Assembly: GCA_039208735.1 (NCBI GenBank) | Contig: JBCCQY010000082.1 | Coordinates: 1 to 38,142, forward strand | Length of the DNA stretch: 38,142 bases | Direction of reading: 5' to 3' | Source: Myxococcota bacterium | GTDB lineage: Bacteria > Myxococcota_A > UBA796 > GCA-2862545 | Shown here: positions 1 through 9,968 of the stretch, one piece after another | How positions within the stretch are numbered: the first letter of the stretch is position 1 | Layout: each line of letters starts with the position of its first letter | Translations under genes and position numbers: made by a program | Notes under the pieces: model-generated | What the model was told of the DNA's origin: nothing | What the model saw: the letters and a program-made list of their open reading frames with translations, nothing else | Database searches by the model: none

Positions 1-1572
1 GCCGCCTTCGACCTGCTCGTGGTGCCGGCGGATGAGGTACGCCCCGCGCTGTTGGCGTTCCGGCGGGAGGCGTTCGACCTGCTGCGACGCACCGTGCGGA
101 CCTTCGCTCTCACCTTCGTGCTCATGGTCTTCGTCGAGTACGTGATCGGCGATTTGCTCGGCATGGGCACATTGCTGTGGGTCACCGACACCCTATTCTG
201 GCTGTGGATCGGCCTGCTCACGATTTGGACGCTGTTGAGCTGGGAACCCTTGTTGCGGGCTCGCCTCCGTCGTCGCTTCGTCGAGCCCTCAGGGCCCATT
301 CGCTGGCTCCTCCCCGAGACGGGAAGCACCTGGCTGGCCCTTCCGCGCGCGGTGGGCCAACTCGTGATGCTCCTCGTCATTTTGGGGGCCGAGGCGATGC
401 ATCAGTTCGCCGTCGAAGGCACCGTCGTGTCGCTGGTCTACAACATGTTCAACCGTGCGGTGTTGCGCGACGATGCAGCTCCCGACCGGCCTCTCGAACT
501 CGAACTGCAACACGCGATGCGCAACGCCGAAACCCCAACCAAGCACCTGGTCGAGCGCTCGGAACTCGTCGAGATCAGCAACGCCCTCGTGAATTGGCGC
601 AAGACGGGTCAGCGAGGGCTGGTGGCGCTCGTCGGCGACCGAGGCAGCGGCAAACACACTGCCCTAGACGAAGTGGCCGAGCGGTTGACGGCCGCGGGGA
701 TGACGGTCCGTCGAGCCTCGATCACCGAGCCGCTGCGCACCCGCAAAGCGCTGGCGGCATGGCTTGGCGCGGCCTTCGGCATCTCACCGGAGGCCACCTC
801 CAACGAGGAGATGGTGGCTGCGATTCAATCGCTCGAACCTTCGTCCATGATCCTCGAGAACATCCACTACACGTTCCTGCGTCGGGTCGATGGACTGAAG
901 GTCCTCCAAACGCTGCTCTACGTGATGAACGCTGCGTCAGACCATCACTTCTTCGTGTGTTCGGTCCACGGGCCTGCATGGGACTACTTCGACGCGCAGG
1001 GCTCGCTCATCGACTGTGGCGTGTTCCAGACCGTCGTACGTTTGCAGCCCCTCGATAGCCAGCAGCTCCGCCAGATCACGCTGGCCCGAGCCGGTGACGT
1101 TGGGCTACGCGTGGACTTCTCGAGTCTGCACATCGGAAGCCTCGGCTCGGACCGTGACCTCGAAGCCGACCGCGCGACCGCGATGTACTACCGATTGCTG
1201 GCCGAAGCGAGCGGCGGCAACCTGCATGCCGCCGTCACCGCGTTCAGCCGCAGCCTCGTGCGCACCGACGACCCAGCCGTCGTCCAGGTGACGCTCCGGG
1301 AGGTCCTCGACGAAGCGGTGTTGCCCGACCTGGGCGAAACGGCATTGTTCGTCTTGGTCGCCTTGAACCTGCACGCCTCCCTTCAGCTCGACGACCTCAT
1401 CGAAGTCACCCATCTGCCGAGGGCGCCGCTTCGGGCCAGCGTGCGCGACCTGGTGTCGCGAGGATGGGTGGAATGGATCGGCAAGCGACTCCGACTCTGC
1501 GACGACCAACGCATCATGGTGAAGCGCTCGCTACGCCGGCGCCACTTTATCCACTTGGGGCCTGACGGATGA
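1..1572 (+). CDS. Membrane-anchored P-loop NTPase with a C-terminal winged-helix-like region (5'-truncated)
   Basis: Frame is open from base 1. N-terminal hydrophobic helices; Walker A GDRGSGKH; degenerate Walker B MILEN; C-terminal HTH-like LDDLIEVTHLPRAPLRASVRDLVSRGWV. Stop overlaps the MscS start (ATGA). Confidence 0.7.
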   Translation, partial: AAFDLLVVPADEVRPALLAFRREAFDLLRRTVRTFALTFVLMVFVEYVIGDLLGMGTLLWVTDTLFWLWIGLLTIWTLLSWEPLLRARLRRRFVEPSGPIRWLLPETGSTWLALPRAVGQLVMLLVILGAEAMHQFAVEGTVVSLVYNMFNRAVLRDDAAPDRPLELELQHAMRNAETPTKHLVERSELVEISNALVNWRKTGQRGLVALVGDRGSGKHTALDEVAERLTAAGMTVRRASITEPLRTRKALAAWLGAAFGISPEATSNEEMVAAIQSLEPSSMILENIHYTFLRRVDGLKVLQTLLYVMNAASDHHFFVCSVHGPAWDYFDAQGSLIDCGVFQTVVRLQPLDSQQLRQITLARAGDVGLRVDFSSLHIGSLGSDRDLEADRATAMYYRLLAEASGGNLHAAVTAFSRSLVRTDDPAVVQVTLREVLDEAVLPDLGETALFVLVALNLHASLQLDDLIEVTHLPRAPLRASVRDLVSRGWVEWIGKRLRLCDDQRIMVKRSLRRRHFIHLGPDG

Positions 1573-2411
1573 CCGAACCGCAAATCGAACAGTGGATCCA
1601 GGTCATCGCCTGGGAACGCATTCCCTTCGCCCTCGTCGTGGTCGTGGTCGCGTGGGCATTGATCGCCGCGTCGGGACGGCTCCTCGACAACCTTGCCTTG
1701 CGCTTCAACGAACGCCGGCTGGCCTTCAAACAGGCGAAGGCGTTGGTGCGCATGGGCACCTATGTGTTGGCGCCCATCGTCGTATTCTCAGCCGTGCTGC
1801 GACTTGAGAGTGAGAGCTTCTATGCGGTGGCAGGCACCCTCGCGGTTGCCCTCGGCTTTGCCTTCAAGGACCTCGCGGGCTCCCTCATTGCCGGCGTCAT
1901 CCTGTTGATGGATCGACCGTTTCAGGTCGGCGACCGCATCTCGTTTGGCGGCTTCTACGGCGAAGTCCAGGAGATGGGGCTCCGATCCGTCCGACTTGTG
2001 ACCCTCGACGATAACCTCGTCACCATCCCAAACAACAAGTTCCTCACTGACGAAGTCGCGTCCGCCAACGCAGGGGAGCTCGACGCGATGGTGGTGGTCC
2101 CGTTCTACGTCGGCGCCGCCGAAGACTTTGAAAAGGCCCGTGCCATCATTGCGGAAGCCACCTCGACAAGCCGGTACGTCTACCTCAAGAAGCCCATTAC
2201 GACCCTTGTCGAAGACAAGTTTCTCGGCGAGCGATTCGTGACCGTCATCACCGCCAAAGCGTACGTGTTTGATGTTCGGTACGAAAAGTCACTCGTCACG
2301 GACGTAACAGAACGCGTAAAGGTCGCGTTCCGCAAGCAGGGCATCCGTACTCCAGATCAGCAGTATCGCGATCTGGACCTCAACGACCGCGAGGCCGTCG
2401 GTACACATTGA
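1569..2411 (+). CDS. Small-conductance mechanosensitive channel (MscS family)
   Basis: Three TM segments; motifs ALGFAFKDLAGSLIAG, DRPFQVGDRI, GEVQEMGLRS, VTIPNN. Confidence 0.92.
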   Translation: MTEPQIEQWIQVIAWERIPFALVVVVVAWALIAASGRLLDNLALRFNERRLAFKQAKALVRMGTYVLAPIVVFSAVLRLESESFYAVAGTLAVALGFAFKDLAGSLIAGVILLMDRPFQVGDRISFGGFYGEVQEMGLRSVRLVTLDDNLVTIPNNKFLTDEVASANAGELDAMVVVPFYVGAAEDFEKARAIIAEATSTSRYVYLKKPITTLVEDKFLGERFVTVITAKAYVFDVRYEKSLVTDVTERVKVAFRKQGIRTPDQQYRDLDLNDREAVGTH

Positions 2412-2460
2412 AGCGAGCATGAAGCCCGCAATCACCACAAACGTAGAACGTTCAACGTGG

Positions 2461-2673
2461 TCAGCGATTCTGGAAGCGCTGTCGACTCGCAAGGCGTTCA
2501 CGAGCCGCTTCTTCAGCCTCTCGCTGCATCTCTATAGCGTGCCGACGATTGGCTTCGCATGCCACACAGAGGTCTTGCCCCCGGTGGACAACCGGCTCAC
2601 CGGTAATCTCGACCCCACACTGGTCACACGTCACCACGACGGTCTTCGAAAATAGGAAGTCGAACAGTCCCAT
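2461..2673 (-). CDS. Small zinc-finger protein (70 aa)
   Basis: Start MGLFDFLF with GGAG upstream; CDQC...CVAC pair followed by a charged helix. Confidence 0.65.
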   Translation of the reverse strand: MGLFDFLFSKTVVVTCDQCGVEITGEPVVHRGQDLCVACEANRRHAIEMQREAEEAARERLASRQRFQNR

Positions 2674-2741
2674 CTCATCTCCAACCCCATCAACGAAAGG
2701 CTTAGCACGTGAGACAGACGTGTCGAATCGAACTCGCGTTC

Positions 2742-2758
2742 TTGGCCAAACCGTTGCA
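2742..2758 (+). promoter_or_regulatory. Candidate sigma-54 promoter (-24/-12)
   Basis: TTGGCCAAACCGTTGCA has exact GG-N10-GC spacing and lies in an intergenic region. Confidence 0.4.
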
Positions 2759-2785
2759 ACCGGAAGCGGAGTTTGTGTCAGCACC

Positions 2786-2814
2786 TTGACGGAGCGCGGC
2801 GGTTCTCTGACAAT
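2786..2814 (+). promoter_or_regulatory. Candidate sigma-70 promoter
   Basis: TTGACG-N17-GACAAT, 23 bp upstream of the TTG at 2838. Confidence 0.45.
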
Positions 2815-2837
2815 GCCCTTACCGGGAATGAAGAATC

Positions 2838-3380
2838 TTGCTCGTCCTTGCAAACATATTGAGATTGTCGGTTGTGGCTCCACAACGCCTCGCCGCCCAC
2901 GCAGCCGACCTCGAAGAGCAGCCGGGGGGCTTCATCTGGCGAGTACGGCGTCGGTCACCCGCGTTTCAACGGAGCATTTCCTTGTTGGTCGAACTCTCCA
3001 CCGAAGGCCTGCTCATCGCCTGGTGGGTCGCAGCCTCCGGCGCAGGTGGAGCCTGGGTCGAAGCCGCCGTGCCAATATGGGTGGTGACGCAGGCCGTGGC
3101 GCTGGGGCTCGTGGTGGTATGGGAGGGACGGGGCCGCCAAGCGGTTCGGGTGGTGAAACTCGAACAGGATGCCCTGACGTTGGGTCGAACCGCATTGGCC
3201 GTCTCATCGGTCGAAGAAGTGGCCGTCCAATCGGAAGGCTGGGGACCCTGGCGCACGGCCGAGATGACGGTCACCTCCTTAAAGGGCACCGCCCTCCGCT
3301 TCGCGGCCGACGGAGACGACGATGCGAGCCTTCGCACCATCGTGAAGCGCATCCACGCGCAGGCCCGCTACGGCGCATAG
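2838..3380 (+). CDS. Hypothetical membrane protein (two TM helices plus a small beta-rich C-terminal domain)
   Basis: Two hydrophobic segments. An in-frame TGA at 2829 bounds the start; exact start uncertain. Confidence 0.6.
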   Translation: MLVLANILRLSVVAPQRLAAHAADLEEQPGGFIWRVRRRSPAFQRSISLLVELSTEGLLIAWWVAASGAGGAWVEAAVPIWVVTQAVALGLVVVWEGRGRQAVRVVKLEQDALTLGRTALAVSSVEEVAVQSEGWGPWRTAEMTVTSLKGTALRFAADGDDDASLRTIVKRIHAQARYGA

Positions 3381-3760
3381 ACCGTCAGGCCAAAGACCAA
3401 GACAGACACCGTCAAGCTCACCACAACGGCGAGCACGATGCCCGGATTGGTCTGTCCCTCGGCGATACGCGCGGGACGAAGAGGCGACTCCGGCTCCGCA
3501 TCCGTAGAGAATACCTCAGCTTCCGAGGCCGGGAGCTTCACTTCGGCCGGCTGAATCCGGGCGCGTCGGGGGCTTCGGCGACGGACGGATTCCCGCGACT
3601 CCCAAGACGGTTTGCGGAGACCGGCGGGCTGGGGTTTCGGAGCGCCGAGCTGAAAGGGAGGCGGGGGCGCATCGAGCGAGCTGTACTCGCTTGGAACCCC
3701 ATCGGGGGTTTGGGCGAACGGCAACGGTACAGGCATCGGGTCGTCGATGGTCTTGGACAT
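3368..3760 (-). CDS. Proline-rich hypothetical protein with a C-terminal TM anchor
   Basis: ATG at 3760 after AAGGGG; Pro-rich body; terminal IVLAVVVSLTVSVLVFGL. Confidence 0.6.
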   Translation of the reverse strand: MSKTIDDPMPVPLPFAQTPDGVPSEYSSLDAPPPPFQLGAPKPQPAGLRKPSWESRESVRRRSPRRARIQPAEVKLPASEAEVFSTDAEPESPLRPARIAEGQTNPGIVLAVVVSLTVSVLVFGLTVYAP

Positions 3761-3854
3761 GGGGTCCCCTTCGCCAGGGGCATCGGCGCGGAGGCGTCTC
3801 GGTAAAGGGCACGCGGACCCTTCGACGACGAGGTAGGGTCCAAGAGGAGGTGCA

Positions 3855-4358
3855 ATGCTGCTGGCGCTGACCTGGCTTGCATGCGCGGGATCCCCGGTCG
3901 AAGGGTGCGACGCCGAACCGTTGGGCGTGACGCTTGGGACCGGGGTGACGGCCTTCGAGCCGCTGGCCGCAAACGACGAAGTCATCATGGTGTTCGGCCC
4001 GCAGGGGGGCTGGCACATTGACGTAGCCGCGCGAGTCACCGGAGCGGGTCCGGATGTGGAGGTTCTCCCCATGGCAGAGCGCCTGTCCGACGGGCTCGCC
4101 CTCGCTGGCGATCAGGTCAGCTCGCTGGTGGCGTTGGTGGATTACGACGCTGAGAACTGTGCCGGCGATGTTGTTGGGATCCGGGCCTTCTTGGACGATG
4201 CGGACCCCGGACCCGATGTGCCCTATGCCGACTTCATCTGCAGCCTCGATGGGGCCGAGGTCGAACTATCGGTCGACGTCTCGGACTTTGGCACCCGAAC
4301 GGGCACGTCGAAGCTGGTCGTCACGACGCGCACGGACGTAGGCCAGGACTGTCCCTAA
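3855..4358 (+). CDS. Putative lipoprotein
   Basis: Strong RBS AGGAGG; MLLALTWLAC lipobox-like signal; GPQGGWHIDV motif. Confidence 0.75.
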   Translation: MLLALTWLACAGSPVEGCDAEPLGVTLGTGVTAFEPLAANDEVIMVFGPQGGWHIDVAARVTGAGPDVEVLPMAERLSDGLALAGDQVSSLVALVDYDAENCAGDVVGIRAFLDDADPGPDVPYADFICSLDGAEVELSVDVSDFGTRTGTSKLVVTTRTDVGQDCP

Positions 4359-4949
4359 TCAGGCGAGGCGCCCCAACACCCGACGCAGCCCAAACGCCAA
4401 TGCCCAGCACGATGCGGCCAGGCCGAGATGAAACCACGCCACTCGAGTGAACGGTCCCCAGCTGCCCGAACCGTTGACGAGCAGACCGCTGCCGACGACC
4501 CCAAGCGCCCCTGCGATGCCGATGGTCACGCCCCATGCATCATGGCGGCCCAGGCCGACGGCTCCGACCACCACCGCCGCCATGCCCAAGGCGGCCATGA
4601 TGGTGCCGAAGAAGGGATTGCCGATGAATGCGATGGCCAACAGCACGAAGGTGACGAAGGCGTAGGCCCGCCCCTGACGAGCATGCTCGGGCCACACCAA
4701 GGAGTTCAGCCAGCCCACTCCCACCATGGGAAACCCGACCTGCGAGGCGAGCCGCGTCACGCCTTGGTGGGTCATCTCCAGGTCGGGCGCGATGGTGAAT
4801 CGAAGTGCGCCAAATCCTGCGGCAAGCGCCACCATGAGCAACCCCACCCCTGCGGTAGGGCCTCCGCGGGACGACGACAGCAGCCGAAACCCTTCGACGC
4901 CCGCGACGATCGCAAGCAGCGCGTCGGTGATGGCCACATCGTTCAGCAT
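4359..4949 (-). CDS. Multi-pass membrane protein (DUF6962-like)
   Basis: About 7 hydrophobic helices; motifs AITDALLA, AAGFGALRF, WFH; start overlaps the upstream stop (TGATG). Confidence 0.7.
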   Translation of the reverse strand: MLNDVAITDALLAIVAGVEGFRLLSSSRGGPTAGVGLLMVALAAGFGALRFTIAPDLEMTHQGVTRLASQVGFPMVGVGWLNSLVWPEHARQGRAYAFVTFVLLAIAFIGNPFFGTIMAALGMAAVVVGAVGLGRHDAWGVTIGIAGALGVVGSGLLVNGSGSWGPFTRVAWFHLGLAASCWALAFGLRRVLGRLA

Positions 4950-5995
4950 CACGAACCCCCAAGGAGCGTGGTCAGCCAACCCGCTACGACGCTGGCGCGC
5001 AAGACCATGCCCGCCAAGAGCAGTAATCCCGTTGGGATGGCGAGGGTCAGCGCAACGCTGGCCAGCCGATCTAGCCACGTGGCCTCGGCATCCGAAGAAG
5101 CCTCGACGGCCCGATCATCGGTCTGGCCCTTCGTTCGAGGATCACGTTCGAGAAACTTCCGGTATGGCGAGCGGCCTTCGTAGGCGAACCACCACAGATC
5201 GGGTTTCGGATCGGGCTGCAGAGCGTGGCGCACCGAGGCGGGAATGTGGGCCACCGTGTCGCATCGTTGGCACCGCACGCGCCGCAATTGGCCATCCAAC
5301 CGCAGGGTGGCGCCGCAGGCCGGGCAACCAACATCGGGACCGCGCGCGTCCCTAGGCACTTCGACGGCATCGCGATCGGCCTGATGCTCATCGTCGATAA
5401 CACCGAGAAATCCCTTGTGAAGTGCCACGACGTCGGTCGAAACCGCGTAGCGAGCGGGCTCTCCACGCGAGGTGCGCACCTTAAGACGCCCATCGCCCTC
5501 GGAGCGAACATCAAGAGGCTCTCCACTGTCGGGGCCCATGGGCTGCCCTGACGTGACCCAGGCCCGTGCCGTCTCGGGCAGCCAGGCCCGCCACGCCGGC
5601 CACTCCTGGGGCGCGACCCACGTGCCCGAGTGGCGTTTGCCCGCTTCGTGGAAGGGATTCACCTGGTCAATCGCGATGAGGTAGCGCCGCCGGCCTTCGG
5701 GATGTTCGGCCATGAGGTCGGCGACCGCATGCCCCAGCTGCAGCACCCGCCGCCAGAGATCATCGTCGACGACGTTGTCGTGACGGCATCGAGGACAGGG
5801 CATCGGCTCATGGACCGCCACCCGCGTCACCGGCACGAATCGCTCACAGGACGCGCACTGGATCTCGAGCTTGATGCCCGCATAGGCCAACTCGGGCGGC
5901 GGCACTTCCCGCGAATGAATCGCCAATTCAGCGCCACATTCCTCGCAGGACGGCGCGTATGGGGGGGCGTGCACCCCGCAACGACAGATCCTCAC
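4949..5995 (-). CDS. Multi zinc-ribbon protein with a C-terminal TM helix
   Basis: GTG at 5995 with GGAG upstream; Cys pairs CRC..CEEC, CASC..CPRC, CPAC..CQRC; hydrophobic C-terminus. Confidence 0.75.
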   Translation of the reverse strand: MRICRCGVHAPPYAPSCEECGAELAIHSREVPPPELAYAGIKLEIQCASCERFVPVTRVAVHEPMPCPRCRHDNVVDDDLWRRVLQLGHAVADLMAEHPEGRRRYLIAIDQVNPFHEAGKRHSGTWVAPQEWPAWRAWLPETARAWVTSGQPMGPDSGEPLDVRSEGDGRLKVRTSRGEPARYAVSTDVVALHKGFLGVIDDEHQADRDAVEVPRDARGPDVGCPACGATLRLDGQLRRVRCQRCDTVAHIPASVRHALQPDPKPDLWWFAYEGRSPYRKFLERDPRTKGQTDDRAVEASSDAEATWLDRLASVALTLAIPTGLLLLAGMVLRASVVAGWLTTLLGGS

Positions 5996-6049
5996 AGTGC
6001 TCCCATCGGCCAGCAGCCCCCAAACCCGTTCGAGGGTATCCTGACCCAA

Positions 6050-6697
6050 ATGAGGTGGATCTCCTTCGAGCCTGATGCCTGGGGTGTCATCGCGATTGGC
6101 CAGACGGCTCGCGGGGTGATCGCGGTGGGCCAATGGGCCTACGGCGCAATCGCCATCGGTCAATTCGCCTTCGGCGGAGTGGCGGTCGGCGCCCTCGCCA
6201 TGGGTGGTGTCACCTTGGGGCTATCTTCGTTTGGGCTCTACTTGGCCGGCGGCCTCATTGGTGGAGGCGCTCACGCGCGAGGCCCCTGTGTGGTGCCGTT
6301 GCTCCCATCGCTGGGTCGGCCGAAGCGCGTCCCCGTTCCTGAGCGGCTCGCGAAGCTACGCGAGACCCGCCGCGAGGGATGGATCGCCATCCACCTCGAG
6401 CCCCTCGACGACCGCTTGCTGATCTATGAGGGCACGACGCGCCTCACCGACCTTCGCCTCGACGCGCGAATCCGACGGGCCGCTCGTACTGCGGCCCCGG
6501 CCGACGTGCTGGGCTTCGTCCGTCACACCGACGACGGGCCCATTCTCGATCGCATCCAAGTCCTGGCCAAAGAGCGCCTCGGGTCGCCGCGGTGGTGGCT
6601 CATCTGGATGGCCCAGTTGGTCGGGCTCTTCGGGCTGGCCCTTGCCGTCTGGACCTTCGCCGTCGAGCCGTTGTTCAGCGCCCTGCCCTTGGAGTAA
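6050..6697 (+). CDS. Membrane protein with N-terminal Gly-rich 10-aa tandem repeats
   Basis: ATG at 6050; repeats of AxGVIAIGQx type; C-terminal TM segment. Confidence 0.7.
   Translation: MRWISFEPDAWGVIAIGQTARGVIAVGQWAYGAIAIGQFAFGGVAVGALAMGGVTLGLSSFGLYLAGGLIGGGAHARGPCVVPLLPSLGRPKRVPVPERLAKLRETRREGWIAIHLEPLDDRLLIYEGTTRLTDLRLDARIRRAARTAAPADVLGFVRHTDDGPILDRIQVLAKERLGSPRWWLIWMAQLVGLFGLALAVWTFAVEPLFSALPLE
6077..6226 (+). repeat. Five degenerate 30-bp coding tandem repeats
   Basis: Encode AWGVIAIGQT / ARGVIAVGQW / AYGAIAIGQF / AFGGVAVGAL / AMGGVTLGLS. Confidence 0.7.
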
Positions 6698-6729
6698 GGC
6701 AGGACGCTCCCCACCGGATCCGTGCCGAT

Positions 6730-9700
6730 TCAGTCCTCGTCGGACTCGGGCTCGGATTCGCCTTCACCCTCGGCATCCGCCGAGGCTTCCTTCGCCGCGG
6801 CCTCTTCCATGCGCTGACGCAGCTTCTTCGCCGCCTTCTTGTCATACTGCTCAAGGAGCGGCAACCCACGTTCCCGCGCGTCGACGACCTCGTACTCGTA
6901 GCCGGCCTCGTCGAGAATCGGCTTGATGACATCGACGGGGCCCTGGTAGGTCAGAACAAGCGAATCGGCACAGGGGGCCATCGCTTTCTGCATCGACTCG
7001 GGCGTCACGTTGGCCAGAAGCTCGGGGAACTGCTGCCACTGTTCAAGCGACCGACCTGACTCGACCTGCCGCGAAAAGGCGTTCGCAAGGTCTTCGATCG
7101 CCTGCAGCCCAAGCCCTGGCTTCCGGGCCAATGAGAGCTGAGCGGCCTTGAAGCGGTGCATGGGGAACTTGCCCTGCGATCCATCCTTGGCCATTTTGAT
7201 GAACGCGTCTGTGGCAATGCCCACCCCATCGTTCTGGAACAGTCCATTCATGAGGAAGATGTGCGTGTTGCCAACGAGCGTCTGGGCCCCTGCCCCGGCG
7301 CCGTAGGTGATGCCCTCTTTGGCCCGCAGCTCGGCGAACAACTCACTGCCGATCATGGCGCGGAGCAAGGCACGGTCGGCACGAGCCTCCCGACCATCGT
7401 TGGCCAGACGACACGTCGCGGTCACGTCCGTCTGAGTGCTGCGCTTGTCATCGAAGAGGAACAACTTCGGCTCATACGTCTTGATCGGCGCAGCCTCGGG
7501 GACCTCGATGGACGTGTAGCTGGAGGCTTCGGTACGCCATCCGCCAAAGTACTGGCGAGCCGCAGCCAGTGCTTCCTTCGCATCCACGGCGCCAACGATC
7601 ACAAGCGTCATGTTCTCGGGGTGGAATTTCTGGTCGAGGTAGGACTGAACGTCACCCTTCTTGGTCTTCTTCATCCGCGTCACGTGCTCGTAAGGGGTCA
7701 CGCGGAAGGCGGGATGGTCCATGCCCATCGCCTCGTTCCTCACCCGAGTCTGCCAGTAGCCCGGGCTTGTCCAGGAACGCTTGATGCCCTTCGTACGACG
7801 GCGGATGTAGTCCCCCTTGCCGTCGAAGTCCGGCTTGATGGAGTCCAATCGCGCGCGCACGTACCACAACGCATCGGCCACGTTCATGGATGGCGCATCG
7901 ATACCGAGGGCCGACGACGCGGAGCCACCGCGATCGGACCACCCTGCCGCAATCCGCAGCGGCTCAAGCACCCGGCTGGTGCGGTCGGCGGTTAGCTCGT
8001 AGCGCTTATCGGCGGAAAACAGGCCCGCAAAGGTATCCATGTCAAAGTAGGAGGTGCGGCTGCCGCCGTTGCTCACGAGGCGAACCGACACCAAGGGGGC
8101 TTCACCGTGAGGGTAAACGACGACCCGCAGTCCGTTCGAAAGCTTCTCGTCGAGCAGCTTCCCAAAGTCAGGCGTCCGAACCTCATCGAGAATGACGTCC
8201 TTCGTGATCTTGTCGTCCGACACCATGGAGACGATTTTGTCGTCTTCGTTCGCGGCACCCACGTAGTCGGACTCTGAGCTGTCGAGCACCAACTTGTCTT
8301 CGGGCAGCGGCTTGAGGATGACCTTCGCCGCCCGGTCGCGCGTGATGTACTGCTGCACGAACGCGAGCACTTCCGGCATGGCAACCTGACCGAAATCGTT
8401 CATCGCCGTCGAGTGGTACTGGTGGTCACCCGTGTGATGGGCGTAACCACCGATGAGGGTGCCACGGCCGTCGTTGAGCCCCGAGACCCGATCCATCGAC
8501 GTCAAGGTGTCGGTCAGGAAGTTCAAGCGCGACAAGCCGAAGCCAAGTTCGGTGTAGCCGCGCTGAATGGGATTGGCGAGACGCTCTGGGTTCCAGATGT
8601 CGGTGAGCTGATCGAGCATCCTCTCGGCAATGCGCTCAGCGTTTCTCCCTCCCAGAACCTCCGTAAAGCAGAAGAAGACACTGTTTTCCTGGAACGGCAG
8701 GTAGCTGCAGGCCGTGCTCGGGAAGCCATTGCGCTTCAACACGTCGTACTCGCCGACGAACACCCGAGCTAACGCCCGCCCTACCTGACCGGAGGCAAGG
8801 AAGCCAACCACGTCCTCGCCCTGGTAGCCACTCGGCAGTGACCATGCCGTGATCGCAGTCAGGTTTTCGACGGGCGCCTCGTAGGTCTGGACCTCGCGCG
8901 TGGCCGGGTCACCCACTGGCAGGCCAAACCGTTCGTTTCGACGAACAATCTCGGAATCCACATCGAGAGGGCGTTTTGGATTCGCGGGATCCATTGCCAC
9001 AAAGTAGACTTTTTCCCGATCCGGATTTGCGGCGTCGATCTGGTCGATCGAAACGCCCGGACGCGGCGCGATGCGAATCAGGTCCTCGGTCAGGTCCGGG
9101 TGCAGCAGGTGCGGCGCAAAGCTCTCGACGATGAGCGAGCCTGCCTCTTCGGCATTAAAGTCTCCGACCACCACAATCGTGGTTTCATCGGCGACGTAGT
9201 GCTTTTTCGCAAAGTCGGCGATGTCATCGAGGGAGCAGTTATCGAGTGAATCGTGCGTTCCGATGCCGAGCCGGTTGTAGGGGTGTTCCTCGGGGAACAA
9301 CCCCTTCAGGGCATAGGTGTAGGCGTTGCGGAAGGTGCCATCGCCACGCATGCGCAATTCGTTGCGAATGACCTCACGCTCGGAATCGGCCTCTTCCGGG
9401 CGCACACCCTTGATCGTGTCAGTGAGCCGGTAGGAGGCGTACCGCATGAGCATCGGGAGCGCTTCTTTCGGGCACACCGTCATGTAGTTCGTCCAGTCCA
9501 TGGACGTTGACGCATTCAGGTTGCAACCCGCCGATTCAAGCACATCCCAGGTCTTGATCTGCGAATCCTCGACGTGGCGAGACTTGAACCACATGTGCTC
9601 AAGGAAGTGTGCGATGCCTTCCTTGCCCTTGGGATCACTGCGCGAACCGTGGTCAATGAAGGTCGTGATCGCGACCACCGGAGCGGAGTGATCGGGTTGC

Positions 9701-9867
9701 ATGATGACACGCAACCCGCTTGGGAACTGGAAGCTCCGCGAGTCAAGTCCGAAACCCGGCGGAAGCTGGGGCGACAGGTTCTGCGGTGCTGGCACCGAGT
9801 CGGCCGTGGTGGCAGCCTCGGCCGCGGACCACCCACCGGCGAGCGCCAGAGCCAAGAAGCACGTCAT
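6730..9867 (-). CDS. M16 (insulinase/pitrilysin) family zinc metallopeptidase, secreted, two halves in one chain
   Basis: Inverted zinc motif HFLEH; NAST; EREVIRNE; second half with LSNGLRVVV and LRAKEGITYG; signal peptide; acidic tail. Confidence 0.92.
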   Translation of the reverse strand: MTCFLALALAGGWSAAEAATTADSVPAPQNLSPQLPPGFGLDSRSFQFPSGLRVIMQPDHSAPVVAITTFIDHGSRSDPKGKEGIAHFLEHMWFKSRHVEDSQIKTWDVLESAGCNLNASTSMDWTNYMTVCPKEALPMLMRYASYRLTDTIKGVRPEEADSEREVIRNELRMRGDGTFRNAYTYALKGLFPEEHPYNRLGIGTHDSLDNCSLDDIADFAKKHYVADETTIVVVGDFNAEEAGSLIVESFAPHLLHPDLTEDLIRIAPRPGVSIDQIDAANPDREKVYFVAMDPANPKRPLDVDSEIVRRNERFGLPVGDPATREVQTYEAPVENLTAITAWSLPSGYQGEDVVGFLASGQVGRALARVFVGEYDVLKRNGFPSTACSYLPFQENSVFFCFTEVLGGRNAERIAERMLDQLTDIWNPERLANPIQRGYTELGFGLSRLNFLTDTLTSMDRVSGLNDGRGTLIGGYAHHTGDHQYHSTAMNDFGQVAMPEVLAFVQQYITRDRAAKVILKPLPEDKLVLDSSESDYVGAANEDDKIVSMVSDDKITKDVILDEVRTPDFGKLLDEKLSNGLRVVVYPHGEAPLVSVRLVSNGGSRTSYFDMDTFAGLFSADKRYELTADRTSRVLEPLRIAAGWSDRGGSASSALGIDAPSMNVADALWYVRARLDSIKPDFDGKGDYIRRRTKGIKRSWTSPGYWQTRVRNEAMGMDHPAFRVTPYEHVTRMKKTKKGDVQSYLDQKFHPENMTLVIVGAVDAKEALAAARQYFGGWRTEASSYTSIEVPEAAPIKTYEPKLFLFDDKRSTQTDVTATCRLANDGREARADRALLRAMIGSELFAELRAKEGITYGAGAGAQTLVGNTHIFLMNGLFQNDGVGIATDAFIKMAKDGSQGKFPMHRFKAAQLSLARKPGLGLQAIEDLANAFSRQVESGRSLEQWQQFPELLANVTPESMQKAMAPCADSLVLTYQGPVDVIKPILDEAGYEYEVVDARERGLPLLEQYDKKAAKKLRQRMEEAAAKEASADAEGEGESEPESDED

Positions 9868-9968
9868 CGTTCCTCCGAAGAATCGTTGACAGGTAACCGG
9901 TGAGACGGCCCCGCTGTCATGGGCAAGTGTAGTGTGCCCCTCCCCCTGATTGCGAAGGGAGATCCGAT

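Noticed and set aside
2549..3805. 418-aa plus-strand ORF
   Set aside because: Arg/Gly/Pro-rich shadow ORF overlapping three better-supported genes.
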